DNA of 64,000 bases from Magallana gigas (GCF_963853765.1 NC_088854.1:33852001-33916000), one strand, 5' to 3'. Shown: positions 1 through 14,900, counted from the first letter of the stretch. A program made the numbers and translations. The notes: generated by a model not told the origin, from the sequence alone.

Positions 1-463
1 ACCAATTCGCACCTGCATTTTACATCTCGTTGTTTGCAAACTGTTTTGAGAATAGGGACTGCACGTTAATGCGCGGGATTCAGTGTTGCTTTTGTGCTAT
101 CCGCTCGTGTAGTCTCACATAAGAACTTTAAAATTAAAGGTCTGGAGAAGTTCCAGTTCATTGTAAACTTTTTACCTTTGATTTGCTAAGCTCTTTGAAA
201 CGTAATTGAATACGACTGCGAGCAATTTAAAAATATTGAAATATATATGTTATTTCACGCCTCCATCTTGAGTATTGTGTGGGTAGTTGAATTTTTCAAA
301 GAACGGGAACTGATGGGAAAATCAAGAATCTTAAAAACACGTGTCAAATTACGAGGCATATACAATGGTTTTTGTGAACTGCAATTGAAAAACGAAATCT
401 GAATGTTAAACTTTAGGATTTAAAAAGCTAATTAATCATACTTTAAAAATACACAATACATAT

Positions 464-799
464 CAGGCACGTAGCATCGTATTTGAAAGTGCGGGGCCCA
501 GACTCATCCAAAAAATCTTGAAAAAAAAGGGAATTAGGACTTTCCCCAAAATCTTCAAAATCCTAATCCAGGGGGGGGGGGGGGGGGGGCATTCAATATT
601 CAATTTCAATCCTGATTTCCTTACTTTCATATTACTTTTTTACATGCTTCCAAAAAAGTGTGGGGGGGGGAGGCAACTCCATGATAATTCATCTTGGATT
701 CATTTTTTATATGTAAATTTTAAAAAAATTAGTTGCTGCGAGAAAAAGTGGGGGGAGGGGGGGCAAGCCCCCCCCCTCCCCCCTGTTGCTACGTGCCTG
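464..799. mobile_element. Non-autonomous DNA transposon (MITE) with 13-bp terminal inverted repeats
   Basis: CAGGCACGTAGCA at 464 and TGCTACGTGCCTG ending at 799. CATAT lies on both flanks (candidate TSD). Internal poly-G/poly-C tracts. Related fragments at ~4010-4135 and 57109-57355. Confidence 0.8.
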
Positions 800-3370
800 C
801 ATATAACCCGTGAGTTATTTCATAACATATTATTTGTCTCAAGCAGTACTAAGTATATCAAACAGATTTTGTAGATATTATATCACCAGCATGTTGCATA
901 GTAATTTATTCACACCGACACTGAATTGGAGAAATGACCTTCAACTTTATCTTTTACCATAAATCAACTTTATCTTTGACCTTTTATCCTTTGACATTTA
1001 CCTTTTATCTCAAGGTCGCAAAGCATGACGTCAATCTTTTTTTTCCCTCTTCTTAAAATCATAGTTGAAATAGTATTGGAAATATGTAAAAAGAGGACAG
1101 AACCAAAAATACGGACATATCGACGGGTATGCAGACCAAAAAACGTACTTATCTCCGATTTACAAGGAATCAAACGATTTATATATATATATTTTTTAAT
1201 TTATGAATTCTTCCCCTCTTGTAAATACGAGTGACGACAACATAATTCTTAATCCGTTAATCTGCATTATCTTGTACAGCACAAATAGCAGATTTGCTGC
1301 AGTCTGATCAAACATGAGTTTTGTGCTGTGAATTTTAATTACTTAAGAGATTAAAAAAAAAACTTGGTTAATCGCTGAACTCCGTCGAGAGTCGTTAAAG
1401 CAGAGAAGTATACACGCACACTGATTGATTTTCCCTGTGCAGTCGAGGTTAACTAATTGGATTCTGTTCTCAAGTGAAATTACACGACAACGCACGTTGC
1501 GAAATTATGAAGCCAAAGGAGGCATATTGTGTGTACAATCACAACTGTCTCTTTTTTCAAAATGGGCTTTCGGTCGCATAAAATAAAGATCTTAAAAATC
1601 CGATAAGAGCGTTGCATGATTAACGATATTAGGCTCGAAGTAGAAGTGGGGGGGGGGGGGTTAGATAGAACAATTGTAGGTGTCGGTCCACACGTTCTCA
1701 TAGCCTTGTCAATATGTCAATAAAAGAGCCGCATTTGAAAAATAAATAAATAAGAGCAGGAAGAATTTGTTTTGTAATTTGTTTCCGTTTTATATTTTCG
1801 ATTAAAATCACCAGAAAAACGAATCCAACATTCTGGGATTTTTTTTTGTAAGCATGTCATAAAAAACTTACATGACTTTACAAATATTGAGTTTGTTTTT
1901 ATTCAAAATAATAAAATCATTAAATGCACACCACTTCAGCTTTTACTCTGAAATGAATCAACTTATAGAGCCATAACGCTATAAATTAAAGATATTTACG
2001 ACACAAAGACGGGTTTTCTTTATAAACAAATGTATCAAGTTTTTGTTTAGTTGCTATCTATAAACGTGATAACAGAAATAGTTCAGACATTTAGTATCAT
2101 ATTTCTTTTTAGTTCATCTTTTTAATTAATACTAATTTTTAAAAAAAAATCCAAACACTAAGAAACATTTTTTATTATCTAAACAAGATAAAAAATATTT
2201 CCTATACATGTTTACACAGTAATAATAAAATACCTGTACATGTACATGTAATCATCGGTAACTGAGCATATAACCCAAAAATAGCTCTGTCGTTACATGT
2301 AATATGAAGGACAAACAAATGACTCAAATTTCTTTATCAGTAAATAAAAGTCATTTACGAAAAATCACAAAAAAATGACACAAAACTGAGATTTAAAGTA
2401 GTAATACACATATAAATGCTTGATAAGAAGGCATAATAGAACTTCATGTGCTAGTTCAATACTTATAAAAATACTTGTTGAAAAATTCAGGGACAAGAAA
2501 AAAGATTCTGTGGCATAGATCCTTCATTCAAGAGGCAGAGTAAAATGGGATTTAGAACCTCCTAGTGGTACTGTACTTAACCCCCCCCCCCCCCCCCACC
2601 CACCTCTTCCACAAAACACTGTAATGTATGTAATAGCACTTAGTTTCTGTTTTTATATCATAAATGCAAGATTTGCAAAAAATGCAATTCTAGTAAACAT
2701 TTTATTAACATTGTCTATAATTGTAAATGAATAAATGGAAAACCAAGTCCCCAAAATTGAATAGTTTTGGAGAAGCAACTACAGTCATCTTGGATTCCAG
2801 GGGTCATCAAAGCTAATTGATTAGCATTTTTGGTGTAAATCTTCAAAGTTGATTTCTATATGATTTTTTTAATGATACACATGCATTGCTAAATATAAAC
2901 TCATTGCTTTGTAAATAATTGTATTTGTACATGTATGCATGTACTATAATATACCAAATACAGTTAAATGCACAATAATGTACACTGCATATGCATTTTT
3001 ATACACTGTTCATACACATACGATTGTATGTGTTAATATAATCATATGTAGAATATCACAAAAAAAAATTTAAAAAAAATCTTCAGTGAACACATGTTTT
3101 ATAAAACAAATTAATTTTTTCAATGATCTGTGACCAAAAAAAAAAAGTTTTTTTTTTAAATATACATTGTATATGAATCAATAAAAGAAAAGGATAATAT
3201 CAATTGTGTAAGAAAATAAAGACACTTTTAGCCCAAACCCCTAATAAATATAACTAGTATATGTTTATCTATATATAGATACATGTATATTGTACTGCTA
3301 GTTTTGGTCCCTGGAATAATTGACTATTGCGTTTAGCCCAACTGGTTACGTTTTGTTTCTCTGGAGTCTG

Positions 3371-6300
3371 TTATGCATTTCCATTTGAAAGAGATTTAAT
3401 GTCCTGAAATGAACAGAAAATTCTTTAGTTAAATTATGTGAAGTAATTTTATAAGATGGTCGGTTTTTTTTTAATCATAACACTTGTTCTTGTAATTTTT
3501 CAGAGTTACACATATCTGCAGATCTGTAATCTATGGAAAAAATTTGGATTGGCTAGTTTGTCCACCAATTTTAATGTAAAAAAACCCCACATATCTGCAG
3601 CAGTAGGTAAACAATGCTCATACTCATGCATATACCAGCAAAATTCTTTTGTAAATTTTTATTTAAAACAAACTCAGTCATTACACATTTACTGATATAG
3701 CAAACTGATTTTGAGTCCCTTAGAGCTAAACAATAACTAAATTTACATGTTTTACAATAAAACTTTTTTATATTGTTAGGTTAGCAATATCAATAAACCC
3801 TATCATTTGAATTAATATATTTCCATACAATTTTTTAAATCAAAATATCTGATTACTGTAGCTTTCCAAAAGAAGGTATCTTTTAAATTATTTAATGCCT
3901 CACAAAACACAAATGGTAGTTAAGTAGAAGAAGAACTGTATAATGAATGAGCTTTGCATAGATTTTGAGAATGATAGATTAGATTAACGAAAAACAGATA
4001 TCATTTTCCGGGAGGGGGTCCAAATTGAAAGTCGGAGGGGGGGGGGGCTACAGAAATCTTGAAAAGTAAAATAAAAGAAGAAAAAAAGAAAGAAGCCTAA
4101 TTCCCAAAATCATGAAATTCCTAATCTGTGTGGGGGTAACTTAGTGCGGCTGATCTTATAAGTAATATGGACATAGAAATCTTATGAAGTAATTGACATC
4201 TGATTTGTCACAGATGCACAGATATTGTAATATATGAGTAGTCAAAGAAATGATAATTGAAATCACCTGATATTTGGAAGAGAAATTCAATGTGAATATT
4301 GCCTGAGAAAAGCACTGTCAGCTATTAATTAATGTAGGTAATTGTTCAGTGTAACTTCAATGAGAAATCAGGATTCAATGCATAAATGTAAACTGCATTA
4401 ATAAATTTCTATTTGAGCATTAATTTCTGATTTACTTTACATGTACTTACATCAATCACTATGCTTCTTAGTTGAGAGTACGCCGTATCTACATCATCAT
4501 TAACAATGATATGGTCATAGGAACCTGGCTGCTCAGCTGATAAAACAAATTACAGTTTCCATTGATTTCATATTGCATATTGATCTGTTGTTCATACAGT
4601 AGCTGCTTTGACAGGTACATGTATAGTTACTCACTGCTTGTTGAATGTCTCATTTGTAAGAAACTGAAAGCTAATTGAAGTTTATGAAGCAATTTTTCAG
4701 GAAATATCAAAACACTGAGGAAAAAAAACCCTACCATATTCCAGTGCTTCTTGTGCCGTGTCTAAACGTTTCTGTAAAGATTCTTTGGTTTCGGTACCTC
4801 TACCCTCCAATCGTTTTCTCTGAGAAAAAAAAAAAATGAGGAAAAATGTCATTGTCAACCATTCGACACTTTAGGCCAAAATAAAACAAAATTTATATGA
4901 ATAGATAAAGAACAGATGAATCAGTTTTGCTTTCCCTTTACTGCAAAAAAAAAAGTCCAAGCTATTAAAGCAACTTACCAGATCCTCTAATGAAGGAGGC
5001 TTCACAAACACATACTTAGCATTCAGGTCAGTTTGCTTGATGTTTTTGACTCCATTAATTTCTACATCTAACACGCAAAGTCTACCAGAGTTTTGAATCA
5101 ATTCTACAGCCATCTTACTGTAAACAGAAAGAAAAAAATTAGGATGAAATCTTGCTTTTATAACCATATCTATGAACTAACCAACTGCATTTAATTGGTT
5201 CTTATACTAGTACATGTATTTATATAACAAATATTAAAATCTATTAAGAATTTTCACCTTGTTCCATATCTGTTGCCGGAGAACTGTGCATGTTCTAAAA
5301 ATAACCCATCCTTGATCATTTTTTCAAAATCTTCCATTGACACAAAAAAGTAATCTGCAACATTTGGGAAAAAAGGAATAAAAATATAAGAGCAAAATCG
5401 GTTCCATTAACTTTGAACAAATTAAAAATGTATCATAATTATACTCCACACTGGGCCCTTTCTAAATATGGTAGTGTGGTCTATAAGTCAAGTAAAAGCC
5501 TAAATGTATTTTCAGACTCTGCTGCTTAGGTCAAATGGGGAATTACTCAATTTTTTAACATAAAATTTGAGCTATTCCCCTTTGAAATAAAAACATGCCT
5601 GCCATGGTCACATCTACACTATAGTATTAATTTTTTGGGGCCCAAGATACTGAGGAAATATTTTTTGGCCTAATTTGTTCTTTTTTTTCAAGAGATAGAT
5701 AATTTATTCAATATCTGTCACAAACAAATCCCTGAGATTTACTAGTAAATCAGACTACAAAACCAAGGCATCTATTGGTCAGACTAGTGGCTAGTATTCT
5801 CATCTTCTCACCTTTTTCATTTTGTTCTCCTTTTCTGGGCTTTCTTGTTGTATCTATACAACCAAATACAAATCGAAAGAGATATAAAAAAAATATTGGT
5901 AAAATTAAATTAAAAATTCATTTCAAAGTTTTCATCCATATACAAAAAAAAAAAGAGATACAACTGGTACAAATGTTAAAATTGATCTATAAACATGAAT
6001 AAGACACTGAAACTGCAATTGTCTTCTTAATTATTTGGAATGCCAGCTGCTTGCATGATTACAGGTACATGTATTGGTACACAATTTGATTTCAATGATT
6101 GATAAGTCCTAAAGCTTTTATATTCATGTGTGGATTACCTTACAAATCCATCTATTTCATTTGTCAGCATTTAATTAACCACCAAAAAATTATTTAAAGT
6201 AAAATTGAAACCATTCTTACCAATCTTAGTTTTTCAAATGATGGCTTTTGTTTCAATCCTTTAAAATAGACTTAAGTGGTAAATCTTGTAAACTTTATAG

Positions 6301-8585
6301 GGTCATCAATCTTACGTGAGACGCTGAAGGCGAAACAGTTGGGGAACTCTTGGAACAGCCTGGTCAAAAGGGTACTCTTGCCACTTCCTGAGGGGCCACT
6401 GATCACAATCGGTTGGGGAGCCATTGATGAGAGGTGTCTCCAAAATCCTGAAAGCAAAACAGACACACAGCTGACATAAAAACATCATTTGAGCAGAGAG
6501 TCAATCACGTTAAACAAGTACCACAGTACAAAGCAAAAATTGATGAATTCAAAGCAAGTAAAAGAAAGGTCTTGCTGTACAAAATGTACTTCAAACAATT
6601 CAGTGCAAGATGTTTTAGCTCTGTTACTATGCCAAACACCAACTTGCTGTCAAACATACAGCAGTGTAACTAAGGCATGGCAAGATCTGAAGCTACGGTT
6701 GGGACAGTTAGACATATGGAAAGAACATCCAAATCTTGATAATGAAAGCAACACTGTCATCCTGGTACATGACATTGATCTTATCCTTGTCTCACTCTCT
6801 CTTGTCTTCTCATCCTCACTCTGTAGATGTGTACTACACCAATACACACTTAACATGCACTTTGATTAACCAGCATGCAAGCACTATTTACATGGCAATG
6901 TACACTTTACCTGAGTGCACTTTATGCAGCAACAATCTCTGCACTACATTATATAACAATACAACCAGTATAGTGTAATGGTATCATACATGTATTAATT
7001 TGTATGTGGGGAAACTTTTGCAAATTTTATGAAGTAGATTTTATTTTTTGAAATTTATCTAAATATGTTTATTAACACTTTATTTCATTATGAATAACAA
7101 TTCTTGTGAATTTTTTTTTCCACTAAAATGAGTTTTCATGCTTTAATTACTGTATATCGGGTAATTTTTACTGCTGTGATTTTTAACGAATTTGTCTTAA
7201 AATAGGGCGATTTGAATTTTTATGCGTAATTTTTTTACGAATTGGACATGTCCGTAAAAATTATAATCATCTGTGGTAAAAGGGGGGAAATTTCACCGTG
7301 ACTTTGTTAAGTTAACACACATGGTTTTCCTGTTAACGAGTCCTTAATTATTGTGACTGTGTTTATTCATTTACCTTTATTTCATATGTGAAATACACTT
7401 TACTTATTCCTATTAATCTGGGAATCATCATTGATGTACACCATGTGCTCGTCTCAGTTCGAATTACCGGGGAAAAAAGAAAGACAACTCCATTTAAAAA
7501 TTCAATAGCAGAACGATCGGAATCGGTGTACGGTATTTCGTATATTTTCCTCTTTTCAGTGTTCTTGGTGGAGAATTAGTTGTGGCAACCGATTTATTTA
7601 AAGCAGTTATAACTTCTTTGGAATCATTTCACTATGCGATCCATTTGGATTTGGCATTGTAGATACTGGTTTAAAATAGCTTCATATCCCCGCCACAGTT
7701 ATTGACTGACTGATTAAAATCTAGCTACTAACATTCATGACATCATATGTAGTTTTAAAAAATACTCAAGACTGAATAGAAAGATCTGAACCGTTATTAC
7801 CACGTGACCGAAAACGCTCAAATATACCTACATATACAGCCGTCAGGGACTGAGCTGAAGGTCATGAACATTACTCTCATACGTAGAAATGAAAATTTAC
7901 GTGCGGTATTTTTTACTGCTGTGAAAATTTACGCGTTTAATTTTTACGGATTTATAAAACTCGTAAAAATTAGTAAAAACTAGCAGCACGTAAAAAATAC
8001 CTTTTATACGGTATTACTTAAATACAGTAGAGTAAATTGTTTCATGTATTAAAAAAAAGTAATTAAACTGTAATCTGTGTTTTTTGTTTTTATTTACAAA
8101 TGAAAATGTTTGACATTAATATGTGATGCTGTGACCCAATCATTCCAGGCTTTTCAAATAATACTTGGTGTATTCTACTCTAGAGCTGATCAAAGTCACC
8201 ACTGTTAGGATCTTTAGGATGATTATCTTCATGCACACTCCTTTTTGCAGGATCGGTAAACCTGTTCAACCCAAACAAGTGAGCCGCAAATTTGATTGGT
8301 AAAATTATTGAAATAGGTTAAGTATCATACAGGTGGTCAACTACAAAATGGACCCGGGGGGTCAAAACACCAAACGGTGGGATGTGTCCAACCTCTTCAA
8401 GTGGAATTGTGAAATTTTAATTAATGATTAAATGATTAATGTAAATGATTACTGTAAAAGTTGTGACAGAAACGAGAAAGAAATAGATAGCCTCAAACAA
8501 CTCAGCATGTCACCTGAAAGTACTTACCTTTCCAAGGCTGTGGACAAAATCTACCCAAAATCCTAGGAAACGTGTGTGTTATCAT
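3371..8585 (-). CDS. GUK1: Guanylate kinase, 8 coding exons, 223 aa including an N-terminal extension
   Basis: Exons (minus) 8528-8585, 6316-6447, 5812-5853, 5258-5354, 4979-5117, 4735-4819, 4451-4536, 3371-3403. All GT-AG and phase-consistent, 672 nt. Motifs: P-loop [79 protein letters not shown]. Confidence 0.95.
7149..8013. mobile_element. Probable non-autonomous DNA transposon in GUK1 intron 1
   Basis: Imperfect inverted ends (TACTGTATATCGGGTAATTTTTACTGCTG versus the reverse complement TACCGTATAAAAGGTATTTTTTACGTGCTG). Subterminal repeats of TTTTTACTGCTGTG. TA-bounded. Confidence 0.55.
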
Positions 8586-8855
8586 CGATAGTGACGACGA
8601 CAATGCCGTAAAGTTTTACAATCATCGTCAAATTGCATTTCACCGCTTTGAGTATGACTTGCATTTAATAAAACATTTAACTGATGACGAGAATGGAGAC
8701 ATACTGTAAAAACCAAAAAAATACGTACCGTAATTTTCCGAATTCCGATGAAATTAATTTTTTTCTCATAAAAAAAATCCCCCTGTATGCAGTGCGGATT
8801 TTTTCTCGGATGTGATAAATTTGGTTTTATAGGGCTAGCACTATATATAATCTCT

Positions 8856-8869
8856 GTTGCCATAGAAAC
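8856..8869. promoter_or_regulatory. RFX X-box (GTTGCCATAGAAAC) upstream of GUK1
   Basis: Matches the RFX consensus GTTNCCATRGNAAC; ~270 bp upstream of the GUK1 start codon. Confidence 0.5.
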
Positions 8870-11800
8870 TAATTAAGAGCCAGGTAATCTTGCTAGACTG
8901 AAGATAATCAATAAATATTTAGAAAATCTTATATACACTGACTGTGTGAAGGATTAGACAGAAGATCAATATGTTGCCCAGTTAATATTTATCTGTTGTA
9001 TTGCTCAATGGTCCTCAATAAATTCAAATTACATGTATACAGTTTAATTTTATGTTGGCTAAGTATTTACTACAGAAAACATCAAACTATTTGATTTTAG
9101 ATGTGCTCAGATTACGCTGATCGATTAATTTTGGGCCCCGAGTCCGTCGAATTTTACATTAAGCTTTTTAGAACCAAATCATAAAAGAATTTATGGGTGC
9201 AAAACAGATATCATAAAGCTCAGACAACACAGAGCAATTATTAACAACAGCAGCTAGCTAGGCAATGTACTTGCAACATTCAGAATGTGGATGCATGAAT
9301 ATTTCTATAGTTTAGGTTATGATTGGAAGGAGCCTTAAGAAAATGTTCATGGAAATGGTGCAACTTATTTTGGAATAACCCGAGATTTTTCAATTTAAAA
9401 AAAAATATATATATATTTTTTTTCTCTCACTTCTTTTTTCAATCAAAACTAGCTATCGGTACATATGAAATTTAATGACTTAAAATTTTTATAGCTAAAA
9501 GATTTGATTGTAGGCGGTTAAAGAACTTAAAAAAACATAAACAGAATTTGTTTCCACAGAATTTTATTTAACAGCAATAAATAGAAATAACAATATAACT
9601 GCATTGGCTTCAATTTGACACACTTGGACTTGGAAACTTTATACAGTCAAACAATGGCGATTACTTGTTCTATTTGACATATATCATATTCCAAATCAAC
9701 AAAACATCACAGAATTCTCAAAACAATTAATTGTTTACAAAAAAATGTACATAGCTATGGACCTCCAGCAAAAACCAGCAATTCTATTTTTAAAAGAACT
9801 GCAGTCCTACTGCAACTTCAATGTTTAAAAATAAAGATAAATTTAAGACTCAAGAATATAGAGCCTGTTTTAGTCACTTAAGAAAGATATTTGGAAAAGA
9901 ATACATTCATCTTCACTAACCAATGGTTTACAATCCACTCTGCTCCTCTTGTGTAGAGATGTGAGTGGTTCATTAATTCTTGGCTAGCGAAGATGCATAT
10001 GTATAAAGTTACCTAAGTGACCAAAACAAGCTAAGGACTCTCAGACATTAGAATTTTACATGAGGAGAGGGAGGGTACATAACAAATACAGCCACAAGAA
10101 GCATCATTTCATCACAGAGAAAGGAGATTCTTGCAGATTAATCTCAGGGTGAGAAGATTGCTAGTAATACTGCACACACATTAACGGTACATTCTTCTTT
10201 CAATATAACCATTATTTTATCAAACAAGTAAAATTCAATATTCATTATCTTCACAGGTATTCATCATATATCATACTGGCAAGAACTTAATGATCAAACC
10301 TTGATTACATGAACTTTGTTGGTTAAGGAAAAACATGGAGTACACAATACCGGTACTTCCAATAGAAATACAGACAGACAGATAGGCAAAAATTCAACCT
10401 ACAGTGAACATTTAACATACATCTATATATATAATTTTTAATAGACACTTTAAATAAGACTTAAATAATCATGGCATGACATTCTTGGAATGCTTTTAAA
10501 AAAAATAATTTAGTGATTACTGGTACACTTGTACTAATAACCATAAATGAACAATCTGCATTTCGATTCAATTAAAGTACATGTAAATTTTCAAGAACTG
10601 GAGATATCCATATTTATAGTACATGTATATTTCACATTACCAGTAATCTGCTTGTACAGAGCAGTTCTCCTAACCCTAAAAAATACAAATGTAATACACA
10701 GATTTCTAAGCAAGCAACATTTAAAGAAGAGGAAACAATTGCAATTTAAACCTGTTTTAAATCAACAGGTCTTATTTCTCATCAAATATTACAACAAAAC
10801 TTCCTAGAAATAACACAAAACCATGAAAACAAAGGTGTAGCACTATTGTAAGAAATGAAAAAACCATCAAAATTGGTCAAAGAATAAAATAAGTTTAAAA
10901 TAGAGCACATTGTCATGATCATACAAACCATATCAGATATAATTCAATCAGCGTTTAACATGGGACTAGAAACTGTAGAATTAAGCACTGGTTGATACAT
11001 AATTCAATATATAGCATGTTTGCAATTGATAAAAGGAACATCAGTGGTAATATCAATCAATAAGTTAGTAATGATAATCAATGTTTATGACACTTTGGCA
11101 AAGGGATGTCAACATTACTTAAAAAAACTTAAGACTATTCATATAAAATCTCACAACATTGAAAAAACCCCTTTTCTATACTACCTAATACAAGTACCAG
11201 TTCATGTATATTCAAACCACTGAAATATTTAATCAAATTTTTAACACCCCCACCCTCTCCTACCAACCATAGCACCACCCCAAAAAACATTACCACCTAT
11301 AATTATGAAGAATTATCATTGCTATACAGACTCTACAGATAAAACAATGGTGTATGTAAATGTAAATAATATCAGAGATAAAATGCCCCTCTTTTATTGC
11401 ATTGATCATGTAATGTTTCTTTGAAAGGAATAAAATTTTTCAGGAGAAAAGTCTAACTGTTCAAAAATTTACATTAAATAAATATTAAATAGTCAATTCA
11501 TCGGTTATATAATACATAGTCTATAAAATCACCGGTCATCTTTTAACAATGTGATTCTTATATTCATAAATCATATATTTTGCCTTTTCTTTAAATAAAA
11601 AAAAAAAAAACCGAAAAAATTGACCTCAACATAATTATACTAGTAGTAAATTACAAAAGTGATAATTATTGCAATATTAAATTGACATACACATTATACA
11701 TGTAGCACCATTATGTGACATCTATTATCTATTAAAAGCTCATAACAAGTACATTTGTACATGTTCTATGGCCACATACATCTATCAATTTGATCGAAAC

Positions 11801-11934
11801 TTTCAGAAATATTGTTTCCCAGTCAAAAAAAAAACAACAACAAAATAAATTGAATCTGTGGAATAAAATATGCAGTAACATTTTTTGGAATCTAGTTGTC
11901 CTAATGCCCATGCATATAAAAACATGGAAGCCAA

Positions 11935-14900
11935 TCACCAAAAAGAAGCAGATTTATCTCCCTTGCGTGGTGAAAAATCCTCACTTGAAGCCCGCTTGTG
12001 GGATTTCCTTTTAGCATGTCCACTCTGTGCAGCAATGCTTTTGTCTGGAGGGCGCCCACTGTGCTGAACACCGGGGGGTCGGGGACAAGAGACAGTGGGG
12101 AGAAAGGTCTCAACAACAGGATACACATACACACAGTGTCCATTTGGACTCCCTTTGTTGGAGGTTGCAGTCTCCAGCGAGGACGATTTTCTGACTGATT
12201 TACCATTACAACTGGATACCAATGTCTTGCTGGACTTTAAAGCTTGGTCAGAACTGGGGAGGGCAATAGGACAACTGGCCCTCTTTTGGACCTCTCTATT
12301 TGAAGACTGTTTATCTCTCCAAAAGTATGACAACAGTCCCCGAACATTTTTCTCGGGCTTTGAATTGTTGGACGCCTGCTCTTTTGGCTTGTTGCTGGTA
12401 AATAACAATCCTGCCTCACTGTGGTTCTCTGTGCTGACAGAGTTCAACCCTTTTGGCAAATTTTGGATTTCTGTGGATTTGGAAAATTGTATTTTGTTCC
12501 TTTTTTTCTTCTTTTTTCTTTGAATATCTCTTTGCTACCAACAAAAGAAATCAATGTTTAGACACAATTCATATGTAAACAATATATAAAATTGCCCACT
12601 ATTTTCAATGAAATTTAAAAACTATTTTGGCTTAAAAGTTGTGCAGACAATCAGCATTTATGAAACCCAATAGTAATTCAAGTTTAGGGCTTGATTAATG
12701 ACTTTATGAATCACAGAGAAGCTGCAACCTTTAATCAAAATTTAAAGCTTTAAACTTTATCATTAAATTATAAACCAATGTTTGCTCTCCATTATTCACT
12801 TTAATTGCACTTTTTGACACTACATGATGAATACTAACTTGATCTGTAGATGACTGACTTATAGAACTTGTGGAACTGGCAACTGAAACTGGGTTAGCTG
12901 TTCAAGAAATTGAGGATGCATATGGTAAAACATAAATGCTAAATACATGTATAAACAAATGTTTATTTACTACATGTGTATCATGCTTTGATATTGTAAA
13001 AGCACATTAAATGCTGTTAGCATATGTTTATGCAAATAAATAACCAATATTAACAACCATCAGCTGATTATAAACAGCTAAAACATGTGAATTCAACTAC
13101 TAAGAATATCAATTAGGTATACAGTGTATGTACACAGGTATACATAGGTATACAGTATATGTATATGTATTCATAATCAAATGTTGCAAGGTAAACCATG
13201 TAACAATTACAGTATCATTGTAAAATTGTGCATGTGTATAGCCTACATGCATAGCTGTGAAACAAATATATGAATTTTCTATACATAAAAAAAATTCTAA
13301 TTGACAATTATAATACGCATCCTCGTACCTAATGATGTATCACTGCTGTGCTTCTGTAGACTGGTCCCCACGGTCAGCATTTTGTTCTGTTTGCGGCTGG
13401 CCCCCTCTGTGTAGGAATTTCTCCGAGGGGAGTGGGACACATCCATGGTGACCGGCACTCTCTCTATCAGACGTCGGACTTCTGGGGGCATGTCGGTCAC
13501 AGAAGTTTTACCTCTACGACGACAAAGGAGAAGAACACAGACAAGGACGAAAACTTCGACGGACGTGAAATAAAGCTGTCGGTCAATGACCTGAAAAAAC
13601 GAAAAGCACATCATTAATAAGATTCTGTCAAACTTGAAATTATTGTTCCCTAGACCTTTTCAAGAGACAGATTAAAATACAAAACTTGCAATGTCTTTTA
13701 TTTTTCCCCTTGTCTTTTATTTTTCCCCTTCTCAGCATCTCATCTTAAAAACAATATGTCAGTGTGTTTCAGCATTTAATAACTTTTCATGTTAGACTAT
13801 GGATACATCAAGCGTTTCAACATTACCTGTTTGTTGAGGTTAAACATCTCGTCATGGAGCTTGTACACAAGGTCGGTTAGATTGTCTAGCCGATGCTCCA
13901 AGACATTTATCTGCTCCTGTTGGTGATGATCCTAAATCAGAAATGAATACATGTATAAAGATTTTTCTCTCTCTGATTTTTCCTCACTGAAAAGTCAATC
14001 TTTTCTCTCAGTGTGCTTTGCAAAATGAAAAGATGTTCATACCCTGCGCTCTGCATCCTTCAAGTCTTTTGTTACATTTTCAAATTTAGCACTTAGGAGC
14101 TTTTGCATTTCTTCTGACTGTCTCTTAAACTTTTGTGTCATTTCATCCAGGAACCTACAATGAAAATGATCAGTTAAATGAGTACTGTAAGTAAAGTAAT
14201 CTACCATCACTTAATGATAATTGAAACTTCTCAAGTACAGTGTACATTTACAAGGACATTATTTTCAAAATTTCAATGAGAAGAGCGTCATAAAAAATTA
14301 CCTGCTACTTAGAGAGACATTGGTTTCCAGAGCTTTAATTCTGTTGGTCAGTCTCATAATGGCAGTTTCTCTCTTCTGGAGGGGCATGATGGGAACTTTT
14401 GCTAGTCTGAGGTTTTTCTGTGGGGTATATTCAATTTCGTCTTCTGAGAGGGCAAAACTGGACTCGGGCTTTGTGTCCGACTGAGTCTCGGGTGTATCTG
14501 ATACATCTGGAGCTGTCTGAGAATCTCTGGCCCCGCCCACTGTCTGTTCGTCATCCTCTTCATTGATCTGTCCATTCTGTGCAGTATTTTCCACAGAACT
14601 CTCCATCTGAACTGAATTACTGGTGCTGATGGAGGCTAAATTAACTTCAGGTAGGTGCATTTTCTGTTCAGTTCTCTACAAAGTTAGAAAAAAACCTTTA
14701 AAGTTTCAAGAGCAAGATGTACTGTAAACAAACTTTTATTAGCGATGACTTATTTCATGATTTAACAGAGATAAGCTGGTTTGCGGCGACTACTTTTCCC
14801 AATCAAGCCTTATTCACACTTAAAATGTCATTGCATCACACAGAAAAGACATAGTTCACTGCGACAAATATTCGCAATGAAAAGGCTTTCGCGAACCTCG

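Noticed and set aside
518-874. 118-aa ORF
   Set aside because: Lies inside a MITE; the Gly and Pro runs come from G/C homopolymers.
6489-6978. Overlapping ORFs in GUK1 intron 1
   Set aside because: No recognisable motif, no splice chain and no coding-like composition.
7375-7500. Possible alternative first exon of GUK1 (donor AAG|GTAAAT)
   Set aside because: Inside a probable transposon. Its ATGs are out of frame with exon 2 and would overlap the internal start. No other support.
11901-12523. Several ORFs overlapping the last SUCO exon
   Set aside because: Alternative-frame or antisense shadows of the real exon 11935-12534.
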